Source: Callorhinchus milii (lineage: Eukaryota). Taken from it: a stretch of DNA of 64,000 nucleotides. Shown here in pieces: positions 36,185 through 49,292 of the stretch. The stretch is taken from contig NW_024704743.1 of the NCBI RefSeq assembly GCF_018977255.1, positions 88,786,001 through 88,850,000 of the forward strand. The letters run 5' to 3'. The first letter of the stretch is position 1; each line of letters begins with the position of its first letter. The notes under the pieces are model-generated. The model made no database searches and was not told the DNA's origin. It saw only the letters and a program-made list of their open reading frames with translations. The translations under genes were made by a program, and so were the position numbers.

Positions 36185-36560
36185 ATGTATATCAGTTGTT
36201 TCAGTTGGTAACTTATATCTGTATTAGAAGATTGTGCATTAGAAAGTTATGTGTTCAAGCCCCACAATTGGATTTGACCTTATAGACTAAGCTGGCAATA
36301 GTGCTGCATTGTAGGATGTGCTGTCAGATGAGGTAGAAAAACCACTTGCTTGTTCAAGTGGATCTTAAAGATCCTGTGTCATGATTTGAAATGACAATGG
36401 ACTTTCTTCTGATGTCCTGGCCAATAATTCTCCAAAAAAAGTGATTGTTCACCTGATGGAAATTTGTAATTGCTGGCAAAAATGGCTGCTGTATTTTTCT
36501 ATGATGATAGTCATGAGACTTAACAGTAATTACTTGTGAAACACATTTGAACATAATAAA
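36185..36560 (+). mobile_element. Deu SINE (diverged)
   Basis: gttcaagccccac; ttgttcaagtggatcttaaagatcc; tgtcctggccaata. Confidence 0.6.
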
Positions 36561-37287
36561 ATAATGATAATTGTTGCATTTTTTGTAGCACCTTTCATTT
36601 TGGCAAAGTGTAAAGTGTAATGGCTGTGTTTTATAGCCAAAGGTGACAGCCAATTTGCCACAGCAAATGTGGTAAAGTTCTAGAAAAATCCAAGCCCTAT
36701 CTACGTGAAAGATCAGGAATTGTTTATTATTTATAACTCTATCAAGTCACTGGTAATTCATGATCAGAATGCGCATGATCATAATGGACAGGCTCTGCTA
36801 ATAACCACAACAAGTTCATTAAAATTACAAACCTAAATGTGGACACATGCCAGGTTCAATTTCTGGACAAGTAAATGAGGTAATTCCAATAGCACTTCCC
36901 TTGTCCAAGTCAATATTGCTTGATTACTCCATATAGGCATCCCAGTTCAGGTAAAGATCTTCAACTTCCATTTATCATATGCCATGTCATTTACATTATA
37001 AGTAACACTATTGGGTAACAGGATGCTTGGCGGCCCATTTAATTGGCATGGGGTAAAAAATAGTAATGATTCACAACAGATTACATCCGAAAATTGTCAC
37101 AGCAAGCCAATTTTGAAACATTGCACTTATCTCTCCGATATCTAGCACTCACAATTAAAACAATGAAGAAAATATCAGTTAGTTGTCACTCTCATTTCCG
37201 AACTGCTGAGTGTTTTACGTGGAATAAGGCACAGAGGGGTAAAAATGTCATTATATAATCATAATTACTGTAAAGAGGACTTTGCTA

Positions 37288-37385
37288 GCAACAAAACAAC
37301 AGCAGCTTGCATTTATATATGACAACAACAACAAAATTACATTTATAGAGCGCCTTTCACGTCGGGAGGACGTCCAAAAGCGCTG
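37288..37385 (-). mobile_element. Two stacked tail-only L2 fragments
   Basis: caacagcagcttgcatttatata followed by (caa)n aaattacatttatagagcgcctttcacgtcgggaggacgtccaaaagcgc. Confidence 0.85.
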
Positions 37386-37387
37386 AA

Positions 37388-37683
37388 ATAATCCTTGCAG
37401 TTGATATAGTGCTTTTCACGTCTTCTAGATGTCTCAAAGCGCTTCAGAGAATACACTGTAAAGTGAATTGACTGTATATTTGTGGGAGAAACGTGGCAGC
37501 CAATTGCGCACAGCAGTGTTCCGCAAACAGCTGTGGATTGAGTGAACAAATTGTTATTTTATTTATTTTCTTGAGGGATTATTATCATGCATGTGGAGTA
37601 AGGAAACTTGCCCAAGGTTTTGCCCTGCCGGGAATTGAATCCAGATCTCTCGCTTGCAAGGCGTGTGCTCTAACCACTGAGCC
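37388..37683 (-). mobile_element. Composite SINE, short subfamily
   Basis: Match to the 14105 copy. Confidence 0.9.
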
Positions 37684-37769
37684 AAAAGTCTTCATGCTTT
37701 ACAGTGGTGGAGTCTGACAACGAGCCAGGGGAAGAGGGAGGGTGAAGGTGACCATAAGCAAATAAGGAT

Positions 37770-37922
37770 TATTATTCACTTCATGGCTATCTGTGGGCAT
37801 TGCAGTGCACAGTTGGACTGCCATGTTCGCCTAGAAACATACAGCACTTGCATTTCACAGTAAATCCTGTGAAACGCTTTGGGACATCTCCCTGTCATGA
37901 AAAATACTCTACCAAATGTAAG

Positions 37923-37955
<33 letters not shown>
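37770..37955 (+). mobile_element. Deu-type SINE 3' part
   Basis: gtaaatcctgtgaaacgctttgggacatctccc..(tta)n. Confidence 0.7.
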
Positions 37956-38929
37956 GATGTACTATTTATCCAGCTACAAAGAAAACATTCCATTTAAAAA
38001 TAGTGTTATTGTGAATGGTGTTTTAGGAGAGATTGCTGGTCAGACTTTTGTCTTCTTCTAACTGTTCACAAATTCACCACAAATGCTCTTCCATCTGCAA
38101 CTGGAAGATAACTTCTTAACATTGAATTACGCATTGATAGTAATAAATTCAACGGGAATGAATAAGGGCTGCAGCTGCCTGTCAATTTCTCTTCTTTCAA
38201 TTCTGTTACATTTATACTGTCTGTGCTCAATAAGGCTGGGTAATCAACTGTGGCTTTGTAAGACTGACATTGATTCATCTTTTGCCTGCACAGTCTGGGA
38301 CCTGTATGTGTTTAGCTTTATTTTGATCACTATGGTTTCTGTAATTGGATGTTAATTATATAGTTTATTTATTCATGGGGTGCCAAGGAAGAGAAGAGTG
38401 ATTCGCTGGCCTTTCTCTGGTAGCAATGCAGCAAGATGCTGTCTTCTTTCCTTCTTTCCTTTTCCTTTTTAGTGGTTCCAATTATTTTCTGAGTTGTTTC
38501 CCCCCACTGGTATGTGCCTCTATGCTGCAGGCCTTCTCTTCCTGGAGTGCAGTTAGATTGGCACTGGTTGCCCTTACCCAAGTGGACATTATTTATGTGT
38601 GAGCCTTGACAGTGAATGTCGGCAGGCATAGAGAGTTTTACAGACGAGCCTGACCACCCTACCAGGCTGTACTACCAATAGAGGGGCTCAAGAAGGACGA
38701 GAATCTGTCTGATTTTATCCTCCTTTACCCTTGAAAGTCAAGAGCCAATTTATTCTACCCAAGCCCTGGCTGAGTGAACTCATCACTATTCAGGATTTTT
38801 CAGTGAGTTCTTGATCCGTAAGCAGCAGCTCCATCAATGTGGTTTCTCCAGGGTACTCTTTCATAGAAACGTAACTACCTTCTACATTGTGGCGAGTTCC
38901 TCAAAAGATACTAACAATTGGTCTTGCAT

Positions 38930-39235
38930 AATAGTCATCTTTATATTTGATGTAGAACCTTATCAAGCCAAGATGTCTCAAGGAACTTCACAATGCATTG
39001 GCTGTATTTACATGTGAACATGACAACCACACAGCATTGTCTCATAGACAGCAAATAGCTGAATGACCATTTTAGCTGATGTCTTAATGACGAGGACACT
39101 GGGAAAATCTTTCTTTTTTTTCAAAAAGTGATGTAGCTCTTTAAAGTCCTCCATATCTCATCTGAAGGATGGCATCTTCAACAATACAGGATTCTCCAAC
39201 ACTGCATTGAAGCTTTGGCGTATTAATCCTTGGGT
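38930..39235 (-). mobile_element. Highly diverged Deu SINE
   Basis: gaatgacca..aggacactgggaaaa..tctcatctgaaggatggcatcttcaacaat. Confidence 0.5.
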
Positions 39236-39904
39236 ATCATAAAAGACAGCCTAGAGTAACAAAAGTGCCGTTTATTACATTACCTCTCATAAACGACTCA
39301 ACTCTTATACTGTTCTTATCAGGCACCAGTGTTCGAATTTGGAGTTGACATTTGTTTCTCCAGAAGTACTGATATATACATAGATCTGTGCAGTATAATT
39401 CCTGGTAATAGCCTGTAAAGCCATTTTGTCTTTCTGGAGCATAAGTAAAACATGTAGTTTTGTTAACAAATATAAAAATGACTTTTTGTTCAAGATTCAA
39501 TTTCAGATATTTATTAAAATTTTCCTGCTTGCTCAAACATAATTCATAAAGTATATTTTATGAATCTTTTTGAGATTGGATATGAATGTAATGTCAGCTT
39601 GGTTATTTTTCAATAGTTTATAGATGCTGACTAATATATTTGGAAACATCCCATCATAACCAAAAAAATCAGGTCTGAATTTTGTTCAATTGTGGAGTTG
39701 CCACAAGATCAAGTTTGTTGCACTTTCCAATATGAGATCACTGGTGTCTGCATTCGGAAATATCAATCTGATATGAGGGTGTGTCAGTTATAGTGTATTT
39801 GAAGGTCAAGGCATTTTTAGTCTTGTATCTAATATTACTTACCCTAAGAAAATCTGCTAACATGTCCTTGTGGAAGAAAAGGTACAGCGTGTCTGTGGGA
39901 AGTA

Positions 39905-40274
39905 AATAATAATAAATAATCCTTGCATTTGATATAGCGCCTTATCACATCTTCAAGACGTCTCAAAGCGCTTCATAAAATATACTGTAAAGTGAATTGA
40001 CTGTATATTTTGTGGGCGAAATGTGGCAGCCAATTGTGCACAGCAGTGTCCCACAAACTCGTGGATTGAAGTGACCAATTTATTATAATATTTTTGAAGG
40101 AATTATTACCCCCAGAAGAGTGACAATCAAATAACAACTGGGTTCCCAATTACTGCTAGGTAAACAGAGGCATGTGGAGTAAGGAAACTTGCCCAACATT
40201 TCGCCCTGCTGGGAATTGAACCCAGGTTCTCACTTGCGAGGCGAGTGCCCTAACCACTGAGCTACAGGACTCCA
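39905..40274 (-). mobile_element. Composite SINE, long subfamily, full length
   Basis: taaccactgagctacaggactcca head; all modules present. Confidence 0.9.
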
Positions 40275-40494
40275 AATGCATTTATGTAAGACAAAACTCT
40301 TTGCTGGCCACTGTAATGTTTTCCTAGCTATCAAATAATGCCCAGAATCAGAATGGGTAATTGCTTAATCTCTGAAGTTGCAATGCTGGTTCAAGATACA
40401 GTGCACCATTTGCACGCAATAAAGTAATAAACAAATAATAAAAGTACAGTATAATGTTATAGAAATAAATCCTGGGGATTTAAAAGTTCAGCAG

Positions 40495-41200
40495 ACATCT
40501 TGTTCATTTGGCTCAGTTAATGACATACTTATTGTTGGGTCACAAAGTTGTGAATTCAAGCCAAGATTTGAGCTCATAGTCTAAGATGACACTCAGTGTA
40601 AGTAATAATAATAATAATAATAATAATAATCCTTGCATTGATATAGCGCTTTTCACGTCTTCTAGACGTCCCAAAGAGCTTCACAGAATATACTGTAAAG
40701 TGAATTGACTGTGTATTTGTGGGTGAACGCGGCAGCCAATTGTGCACAGCAGTGTCCCACAAACAGTCGTAGATTGAAAATGACCAATTTATTATTGTTT
40801 TGTTTTGGAGGGATTATTATTAGGCATGTGGAGTAAGGAAATTTGCCCAAGATTTCGCCCTGTCTGGAATTGACCCCAGGTCTCTCGCTTGCAGAGCGAG
40901 TGCTCTAACCACTGAGCTACAGAAGTACAATACTGGGGAACACTGCATTATCAGAGGTGCTGTCTTTCAGATGAGACATCCAATGGTAAAGATCCCACAA
41001 CACTAAAATATTCAAAACAAGAAGAGAGTTCCTCGTAATGTCCAGGTCAACAATCCTTCACATTGAATCATTTACTTCATGGTTGTTTGTAGGACCTTGT
41101 TGGTGCAAATGCCAAAAAAAAAGTTACTACACTTGGTTGTAATTACAGGTGATTATTTTTTGATGTTTTTATGTGATAAGGTACTATGAAAATGATAAAG
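40495..41200 (+). mobile_element. Deu SINE split by a younger SINE
   Basis: Head to about 40600; Deu block resumes at 40925 (cagaggtgctgtctttcagatgagac..aaagatcccac). Confidence 0.7.
40603..40922 (-). mobile_element. Composite SINE, short subfamily
   Basis: Match to the 14105 copy. Confidence 0.9.
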
Positions 41201-42635
41201 CTATTTTCTTGCTAGTTCTACAAACTATGCTATACCAATTTTTTAATCCAGAAATGAAATGTAAACTCATTTTTTGCTCCTCCTGCTGGTAGGTATATAT
41301 ATTAAGAACATATATAAAGGATTTAAAATTGAACAAGACAAGTTCCTAGGAATTAAAATTTGTCAGGATTATTGAATGAGGAGATAGATATGCTGAAGGA
41401 ATCCAATGGGAAGTTGAATGGTTTGACGAGATGGACCAATGATCTAGTCCTGCCTGGTTGCAGGTTAACTGCATTAGTTGCAAAGAGGACATTTTATATC
41501 CTAAAATTTCATTTTAAACAATCCCAGTCAGATAGTATTTTTTAATGTTATTTTAATCTATGATTTTTTAATTTATTTAAGTGGGTTAGGGTTAATACAA
41601 TAATAATAAAGCTGGTCTAGTTTTATCAGTGTTTTGGAGTTGGGGAAGCAGAATCACAGTGCAGAAACAGTTGTCCTACGCAGACAGAAGTTGTAATTTG
41701 CTGAAAGGCTTATGATTAATAGATGGTCAGCAGTAAATTATGAATAGGTTTTAAGGCCTTTGGTGGTTCAGTGTCTACATCTTTGTTTCAGTTGGATGAA
41801 TCGATAATAAATCAGAAATAAAGAATTTTAAATAATTCACAATACATAAATCAAATATCCAACAGTTCAATCATGTTGTCGTTACCATGTGGTTCTCTAA
41901 CCGACTCAGTAATCTTGCCCCAGGGAAGAGTGAGCTACATTAAACCTATTATTATGTTTTGCCCATTTTAACATTTCAAGCAAATTATTCCAAATTGTAA
42001 AAACAAATTATTTCATTCAGAATAGTTTCATCAGTAACCTACAGCTGATAATATTTATTTTACTGCTACTAACTGACAATTGAAGTCCATTCCTACTAGA
42101 ATAATATATTCCATAGGAGATCAGATTGAAGCCTGAAATATCTCATGGTCTTAGCTTTGGGACCACTGTCTTATCATGTAAAATTGAGCAGCGGCGAAAG
42201 TTGGAAGGTTCTTATGTTGATAAGTTGTGTTCAACCTTTAAAACTGGGAAATGCTCCAAAGATCAGTAAATGACCTCTGTAAATACTGACATTTTTGATT
42301 GTTTCCTTGTTGGAGTAAGTGATATTGATAGTTATGAAGTTAAAGACTTAGACAATGATGAATTGGAATGGCATCAAGTCTAGGGATGTGTCAGCAAATA
42401 AACACGAATGTCATTAAGGAAATGTTGAGTCTGCATCAATTGGTAACTTTTGGCACGTTCTTGGTAAACTAATTCCCATATTATCTAGGTAAATTTGCTT
42501 CTCATATTAGTGGCACCAACTTCAGAAGTTATCAATGAAGCTGATAACAATACAATACATAAATATCAAAGAGAAATATTATTTTCTTCTTACAGGAAGT
42601 TACTTCCAAGATTATCCAGGTTAACAGAATAGATA

Positions 42636-42850
42636 TTGGAAGTGGAAGTAGGAATGGGCTCAGATAACTTTGCCCATGCAATGATACTCTTTAGGGGATT
42701 TGCACCCAGTCTTGTGGGAACAGTGTACATTCCTCAGAAGTTGCATGGTGCTGAGTATTGGAGGATCCTTAAGGCTTTGGGCACCTCATTCGGTGACCTT
42801 ACACAATATTTTTCGGACTGTCCATTGCTCATCATGGGAGATTGAAATAA
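42636..42850 (+). pseudogene. Relic APE-type endonuclease segment of a non-LTR retrotransposon
   Basis: LVGTVYIP...CPLLIMGD*N resembles the VYxP and GDFN motifs of LINE APE endonucleases. Confidence 0.5.
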
Positions 42851-42869
42851 GTCAAAACCAGAGTTTCAA

Positions 42870-43157
42870 AGGTAGAGCAAAACTCTTTGATAGGGGTGCT
42901 CTCTGCATCCGTTCCGAGGTTCACAGTTCAAAAAGAGAAGGGAGTTTCTCTTGGTGTTCCAGTCAACAATCTCCCCCAATGTTGGTGTTCCAGCCAACAA
43001 TTTGATCATTTACTTTATTTTTTGTGGTACTTTACTCTGTGCAAACTGCCTGCATTGTTTGCTTACAAAATATACAGTCACCACACTTTCCAGTAAAGCT
43101 TTTTAAGATGCCTTCCCAACATGAAAAGTGCTATACCGAATGCAAAGGATTATTATT
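42870..43157 (+). mobile_element. Deu SINE 3' part
   Basis: ttcaaaaagagaagggagtttctcttggtgttcc matches 21238; L2-type tail. Confidence 0.65.
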
Positions 43158-43661
43158 TACAACATGATCTTCGAGATTGAATCCCAGAATACACTGATCA
43201 TTGAACCATCTTCTTAGATGATTTGTTCTTCAATCTGAGCTGCTAAATTAAACACTGTACCTGAAGCGCACACTATCTTTGGGGATGGGTAAAGAGGATA
43301 GGACTTTTTCTGTTATGCTGAAGCACACCTCCTACTGATAGTACCTTCAGTACCACTACAAGGTATTATAGATTGCCCTGTGGCAACACTGATACCTGTG
43401 TTAGAAATTCCACCAAGTCTCCACCTGAAAGAAACATTTTGTCTTGAAACTTAAGTTCACATAGAATTATGCAAAGTTCTTCAATTCAGTCTAAATTTAG
43501 AGTCACTTTGTTTTTTATGAATTGTAGAAAAACTGCTTCCAAAATGACGCTGAATTTAACAATTTTCAATGACTTGGTGCAATCTTAAATTTCAGCACAA
43601 ATAGTTTTACAGGTTAAGAACAGGTGTAATTGTGAATCTTCCATTCTTTGTGCGCTACAGT

Positions 43662-45655
43662 ACAACAACAACAACAACAACAACAATAACAAAATTACAT
43701 TTGTATAGTGCCTTTCATGTTGGGAGGTCAACCCAAGGTGCTGGACAGTTCAATGTTTCGGACCCGAGCTGGGGGTCGGGATTGGGGAGGGTGGAGGGCA
43801 GGGGGGGAAGCAGGGTGAACGAAGGTATGGTTGAGGGTCTTGAGATGGGTTTTGAAGGAGGCAAGGGAGGGGACGAGGCAGAGAGAATGCGGGATGGAGT
43901 TCAAGAGGGTAGGGGCAGAGTGGCAGAAGGCCCGCCCTCCAATGGTGAGGTGGGAGAGGCAGAGGACGTGAAACAGGCTGGAGCCCGCTGAGCGGAGGGA
44001 GCAGGCAGGATGGTAGGGGTTTAAGAGGTTGCAGAGGTAGGTGGGAGCAAGACCATGAAGGGATTTGAAGGTGAGGATCAGGATCTTGAACTGTATCCTC
44101 TGTATGATGGCAAGCTAATGGAGTCGGGCGAGCATGGGGTTGATAGGGTCACGGAGCCTGATGTGGGAGAGGACATGGGTTGCAGAATTCTGAATGATCT
44201 GCAGCCTATGGAAGGAGGAGTTGGGGAGGCCAACAAGCAAGGAGTTTGCATAGTCAAGCCTGGATGTTATGAATGCATGTATGAGGGTTTCGGCAGCCTC
44301 TGGTGTGACACAGTGGCGGAGCCGAGCGATGTTGCAGAACGGATCATGGCACGGATGTGGGGTAGAATGGATAGTTGAAGGTCAAACAAGATCCCAAGGT
44401 TCCGGACTGGCTCAATAAGGTGGACTGTGTATCCATGAATGGTGATGCTGTCAGCGCTTGGCGGCACTGTCGGGAGCCAATCAAGAGAGCCTCGGTCTTG
44501 TTGACGTTCAACTGAAGAAAGTTAGCTTTCATCCAGGACAATGTCTAACAGACATTTTGTCAGGACAGAACTGTTCCTGAAGTCAAGGGTGGAGGCAGAG
44601 AGGTAGAGTTGGGTGGCATCCACATACATGTAGAAGTTGACCCCATGTCTGTGGATGATGTCACCAAGATGGAGCATATGGATGTCGAAGCAAAGGGAAC
44701 CAAGGACAGAGCACTGAGGAATGCCGCACGAGACAGTGCAGGGGCTAGAGGAGAAGCCGTTTGTGGAGATGAAATGGAGGTGGTGTGAGAGGTACGATCT
44801 GAACCATTCAAGGATAAAACCATGAAAGTTGAGGGGAGAGGAGAAGTGGTGGATGAGGATAGAGTGGTCAATGGTGTCGAAGGTAGCAGAGAGGTCAAGG
44901 AGGACGAGGAGGCATAGGGAGCCTTGGTCACAGATGGACAGTGTGTCATTTGTCACTTTGACCAGGGCTGTTTCTGTGCTGTGGACAGCTCGGAAACCGG
45001 ATTAGAGGGCTTTGTGAAGGGAATTGTGGGAGAGGAAGGAGCGAAGCTGGGAAGCAACGACTCGTTCCAGGACCTTGGAGAGGAAAGGGAGGTTGGAGAT
45101 GGGGCAGTAGCTTGAGAGCAGGAATAGGTCCAGGGAGGGTTTTTTAAAGATAGGAGTGATGACACATGTTTTTAAAGGGGTGGGAACAGGTTTCAGTGGA
45201 CAGGGAAAAGTTTATGATGTCTGAGAGTAAAGGGTCAAAGAGGTGGATCTGGGAGGTAGGCAGAGGGGTAGGGATGGGGTTGAGGGAATAGGTGATCAGT
45301 TTCATGCGGGTTATAGTGGTGGTGACAGAGGAGTGGGAGACAGGTTTGAAGGTGCGGAGGAAGGGATGGGTAGAGGCCAGGGTGAGAGGGAAAGATTGGG
45401 AGAGGTTAGTAGATGGAAGAGCAGAGTCAGCTGAGTGGATCCCCTCAACTTTGGACTCAAGGAAGTCCAGCATCACCTTGCAGTGGCATTGAAGGTGAGG
45501 ATGGGTGAGGTGTAAGAGTATGGGTGGAGGAGCCGGGTGATGATGGAGAAGAGGAGCCTGGGGTTGTCCTTGGCATCCAAGATTGTCTTGGAGTAGAACA
45601 ACGATTTAGCAGAGGCGAGGGTAGAGCAGTAAGATTTGATAAGGTCCAGCCGGAT
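43662..45655 (-). mobile_element. Longest L2 LINE copy (about 2 kb, frameshifted RT pseudogene)
   Basis: LLVLLDLSATFDTIDHSIL, GIPQCSVLGSLCF, YVDATQLY (decayed YADD), WMKANFLQLNVNKTE; (caa)n tail. Confidence 0.95.
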
Positions 45656-46188
45656 CTTTTTTCAGGAGAAGTGTACTTGATTTACTACAAAAGTAAATGT
45701 TTACTTCAGTTATTGATTTTTTATTAGAATATAAGGAGATTAGTGATTTCGCTCTGGCTCTGGATCAGGCATTAATTAAATTATTCTGAAAATAATTACA
45801 AATTATTACTTCTAAAAATGATAGGCTGACAGATGGCCCCAAATTAATGTCATTTATGCTATTGTCACTTCCCATTCATTATCTTCCATTGAAAAAAAAC
45901 AACTTGATGCTCTGAAGGAAAAAATATAAAATGGCATAATGAAGGATGACATCAAATGGACCGAAGGGCCTTTTTTTATCCATATCAATCATGTGACCTT
46001 GTGATATTTTAAGGCCTTAATTTTCTATACAGTTAATAATATATCCTATATATTGTAGAATTCCAAATACAAGCAAGTCAAGCCCAGAGGGACTGGAACA
46101 GAGAGTTCACCAACCGGGATTTTGTTTCTTGGCCTCATTTTTATGGGGGGAAAATACCTGCGTTTTCCAAATATAATAGTTTTGATTA

Positions 46189-46537
46189 ATTAATAATAAT
46201 AATACTCCTTGCATTTGATATAGTGCCTTATCACGCCTTCAAGATGTCTCAAAGCGCTTCACAAAATATACTGTAAAGTGTATTGACTGTATATTTTGTG
46301 GGCGAAACACAGCAGCAAAGCGGTGTCCAACAAACAGCTGCTGATTGAGTGACCAAATTATTTTTATTTATTTTGAAGGAATTATTACCCCCGGAAAAGC
46401 GATCCACCAATCGATGGGTTCCTACTTACTGCTAGGTATACAGAGGTGTGTAGAGTAAGGAAATTGACCAACATTTCACCCTGCTGGGAATTAAACCCAG
46501 TTCCTCTCGTCTGCGAGGTGAATGCTCTACAGGATTC
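46189..46537 (-). mobile_element. Composite SINE, long subfamily
   Basis: Match to the 15364 copy. Confidence 0.9.
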
Positions 46538-47008
46538 ACAATATGCAGCAATATTTGCAAAACAGATGTAAAGAACACATAGCGATTTCCAATTATTTGC
46601 CATATTCACAGAAGTGGTAATTGCACTTTCTGAAAGATGACAAAATAAGGGGGAAAAGGCCAGAGAGTGAATACCAGCACCCCATTTCACTCTGCAGATT
46701 TTTTTTTGCTCTTGTGTACCATCAGAGTTTTGTTTAATGTCACAAATTATTGGGAATTACTATTAGCACTTCTCACCCCTTTTGCAAATAACCCTTCAAA
46801 CTTCACTCAGTTTCCGTGCTCACATTACGCTAAGTTGATGACCTTTTTTCTGCTTTTTCCTTTTTTCTGTTTTTCTCCCCGATCCATTCAGTGGTTGAAG
46901 GTACTCCAAGCTCACTTAGCTCTGTTAAATCCACCAACATGAATCTCTGCTCTGCCACTCCTCAGTGTATGTAGAAATGCATGAGTCATGCTGCTCCATC
47001 AACTTCAG

Positions 47009-47345
47009 ACAACAACAACAACAACAACAACAAGATTCCATTTATAGAGCGCCTTTCACGTCAGGAGGACGTCCCAAGGCGCTGCACAGTTGGGTCATGA
47101 CCCGAGCAGGGGGGGAATGGTCAGGGTGAGGGGAGGGAGCGAGGAGGGGGGAAATGGTCAGGGTGAGGGGAGGGAAGGGAGGGAGAGAGGGGGGAAATGG
47201 TCAGGGTGAGGGGAGGGAAGGGAGGGAGCGAGGAGGAGGAAGAGAGTCGAGAGGGGAGCTGAAGGCACGGTCAAAGAGAAAGGTTTTGAGACCGGCCTTG
47301 AAGGAGGAAAGGGAGGAAGCAAGGCGAAGGCACTGGGGGATGGAG
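47009..47345 (-). mobile_element. Young L2 3' end with triplicated UTR unit
   Basis: SSFKAGLKTFLFDRAFSSPL; same subfamily as 1611 and 61394. Confidence 0.9.
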
Positions 47346-47492
47346 TCACAAAAGTCACAACAAGTCACAAAAGCAGCTTCCCAACCACCCACAGGTTTGG
47401 AAGCGATACTGAGCCACTGCTCTTTGCTGCCCATTAACCATACAGGAGATGACTGTGCACACGTAGAACGTTTTACATTGTAGTTCAATTAT

Positions 47493-48376
47493 ACAACAAC
47501 AACAACAACAAAATTACAATTGTATAGCACTTTTAACTGGGAGGATGTTCCAAGGTGCTGGACAGTCAGAGTTTCGGACCCGAGCTGGGGGTTGGGATCG
47601 GGGAGGGTGGAGGGCAGGGGAGCAAACAGGGTGATTGAAAGCATGATCGAAGAGGAGAGTCTTGAGATGGGTCTTGAAGGAGGCAAGAGAGGTGGCGAGA
47701 TGGAAGGACTGAAGGATGGAGTTCCAGAGGGTGGGGGCAGAGTGGCAGAAGGCCCACCTGCTAATAGTGGGGTGAGCGAGGCGGGGGAAGTGAAGCAGGC
47801 CGGAGCCCGATGAGTGGAGGGAGTGAATAGATCGATAAGGGGTAAGTAGTTTGCAGCATTAGGGGGGAACAAGATCATGGAGGGCTTTGAAGGTGAGGAC
47901 CAGGATCTTGAACTGTATCCTCTGTGTGATGGGAAGCCAGTGGAGTTGGGTGAGGATTGGGTGATAGGGTCACGGAGCCTGGTGTGGGAGAGGACATGGG
48001 CCTCACAGTTCTCGATGATCTGTAGCCTATGGAGGAAGGAATTGGGGAGGCCGACAAGCAAGAAGTTTGCATAATCAAGCGTCGGTGTAATGAAAGCGTG
48101 TATGAGAGTTTTGGTGGCCTGCAGTGTGAGACAGTGGCAGAGCCATGTGATGTTGTGGAGGTGGGGGAAGGCAGAGCGGGTCATGGCACAGATGTGGGTA
48201 GAAAGGATAGTTGAGGGTCAAACAAGACCCTAAGGTTCCAGACTGGCTTAGCAAGGTGGAGTGTGCAACCATGGATGATGGTGCTGTCAGCACCTTAAGT
48301 GAGGAGACGCTGACGAGAGCCAATCAGGAGAGCCTCGGTCTTTTTGACATTCAACGGAAGAAAATTAGCTCTCACC
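47493..48376 (-). mobile_element. L2 3' portion
   Basis: TLIHAFITPTLDYANFLLVGLP..LQIIEN; (caa)n tail. Confidence 0.9.
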
Positions 48377-48419
48377 TAGCTAAGTTATAACATTAATATT
48401 CTTGTGCACCAATTCGAGA

Positions 48420-48660
48420 GGATTGCAAAAGGCTTAGATGATGTTTTGTCCCAGATAAGTTCATCCTTCCAGAGAACCCACCGTACCATCTCCCATCAGA
48501 GCATCAGTTGTTTTCTAAACGATTCCAATGTCCTGGCCTCAACCACCCTCCATAGCAACAGGTCCCAGCTCTTTCTTACGCTCTGTGTAAAGAAATCCTT
48601 CCTGGTGTTTGTCCTAAAATTGCCTGTACAACCCTGAATCTGCACCCTCTTGTCCTTACT
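48420..48660 (-). mobile_element. Old CR1 (family C) 3' end
   Basis: acgctctgtgtaaagaaatccttcctggtgtttgtcctaaaattgcc. Confidence 0.6.
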
Positions 48661-48711
48661 ATACAAATATATAAAATAATATAATTATTGTTGTTGTTAT
48701 TATGATTATCA

Positions 48712-49292
48712 TTATAAAACATTGGTTAGGCCTCAGGTAGAGTACTGTGTTCGGTTCTGGGAAACACACTTTAGGAAGGATATCAAGGCATTGGAGTGGG
48801 TGCCAAGGAGATTTACTGGGATGGTACTAGGAATGAGGGACTTATTAGTTATCAGGAGAGGCTAGAGAAGTAGGATTATTCTCCTTGGAGCAGAGAAGGT
48901 TAAGAAGAGACTTAATAGAAGTTTTCAAATTATGAGGGAATTCGATAGGGTGAACAAGGAGAAACTATTTCCACTGGCGGGTGGGTTGTTAACCTGAAGA
49001 CACCGATTTAAAATAGTTGTTATAAGAAACAGTGGGGAGATGAGAAGAAATATTTTCACACAGCGAGTTGTTTGGATCTGGAATGAATTGTCTGAAAGGG
49101 TGGTGGAAGCTGATGCGGTAACAACGTTTAAGAGAGAAGTAGATAATTATTTGGGGAGGACAAGTTTGCAGGGCTATGGGGAGAGAGCAGGGGCGTGGGA
49201 TTGATTTGGACAGCTCTTTTCAAAGAGCCAGCACAGACACGATGGGCCAAATGGCCTCCTTCTTTGCTATATAATTCTATGATTCTATGATT
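48712..49292 (+). mobile_element. CR1 3' portion (family B)
   Basis: ttggttaggcctcaggtagagtactgtg..ttctccttggagcagagaaggttaagaagagac; tail attctatgattctatga. Confidence 0.9.

Noticed and set aside
47489..48184. 231-aa ORF as a host gene
   Set aside because: Frameshifted L2 ORF2 remnant
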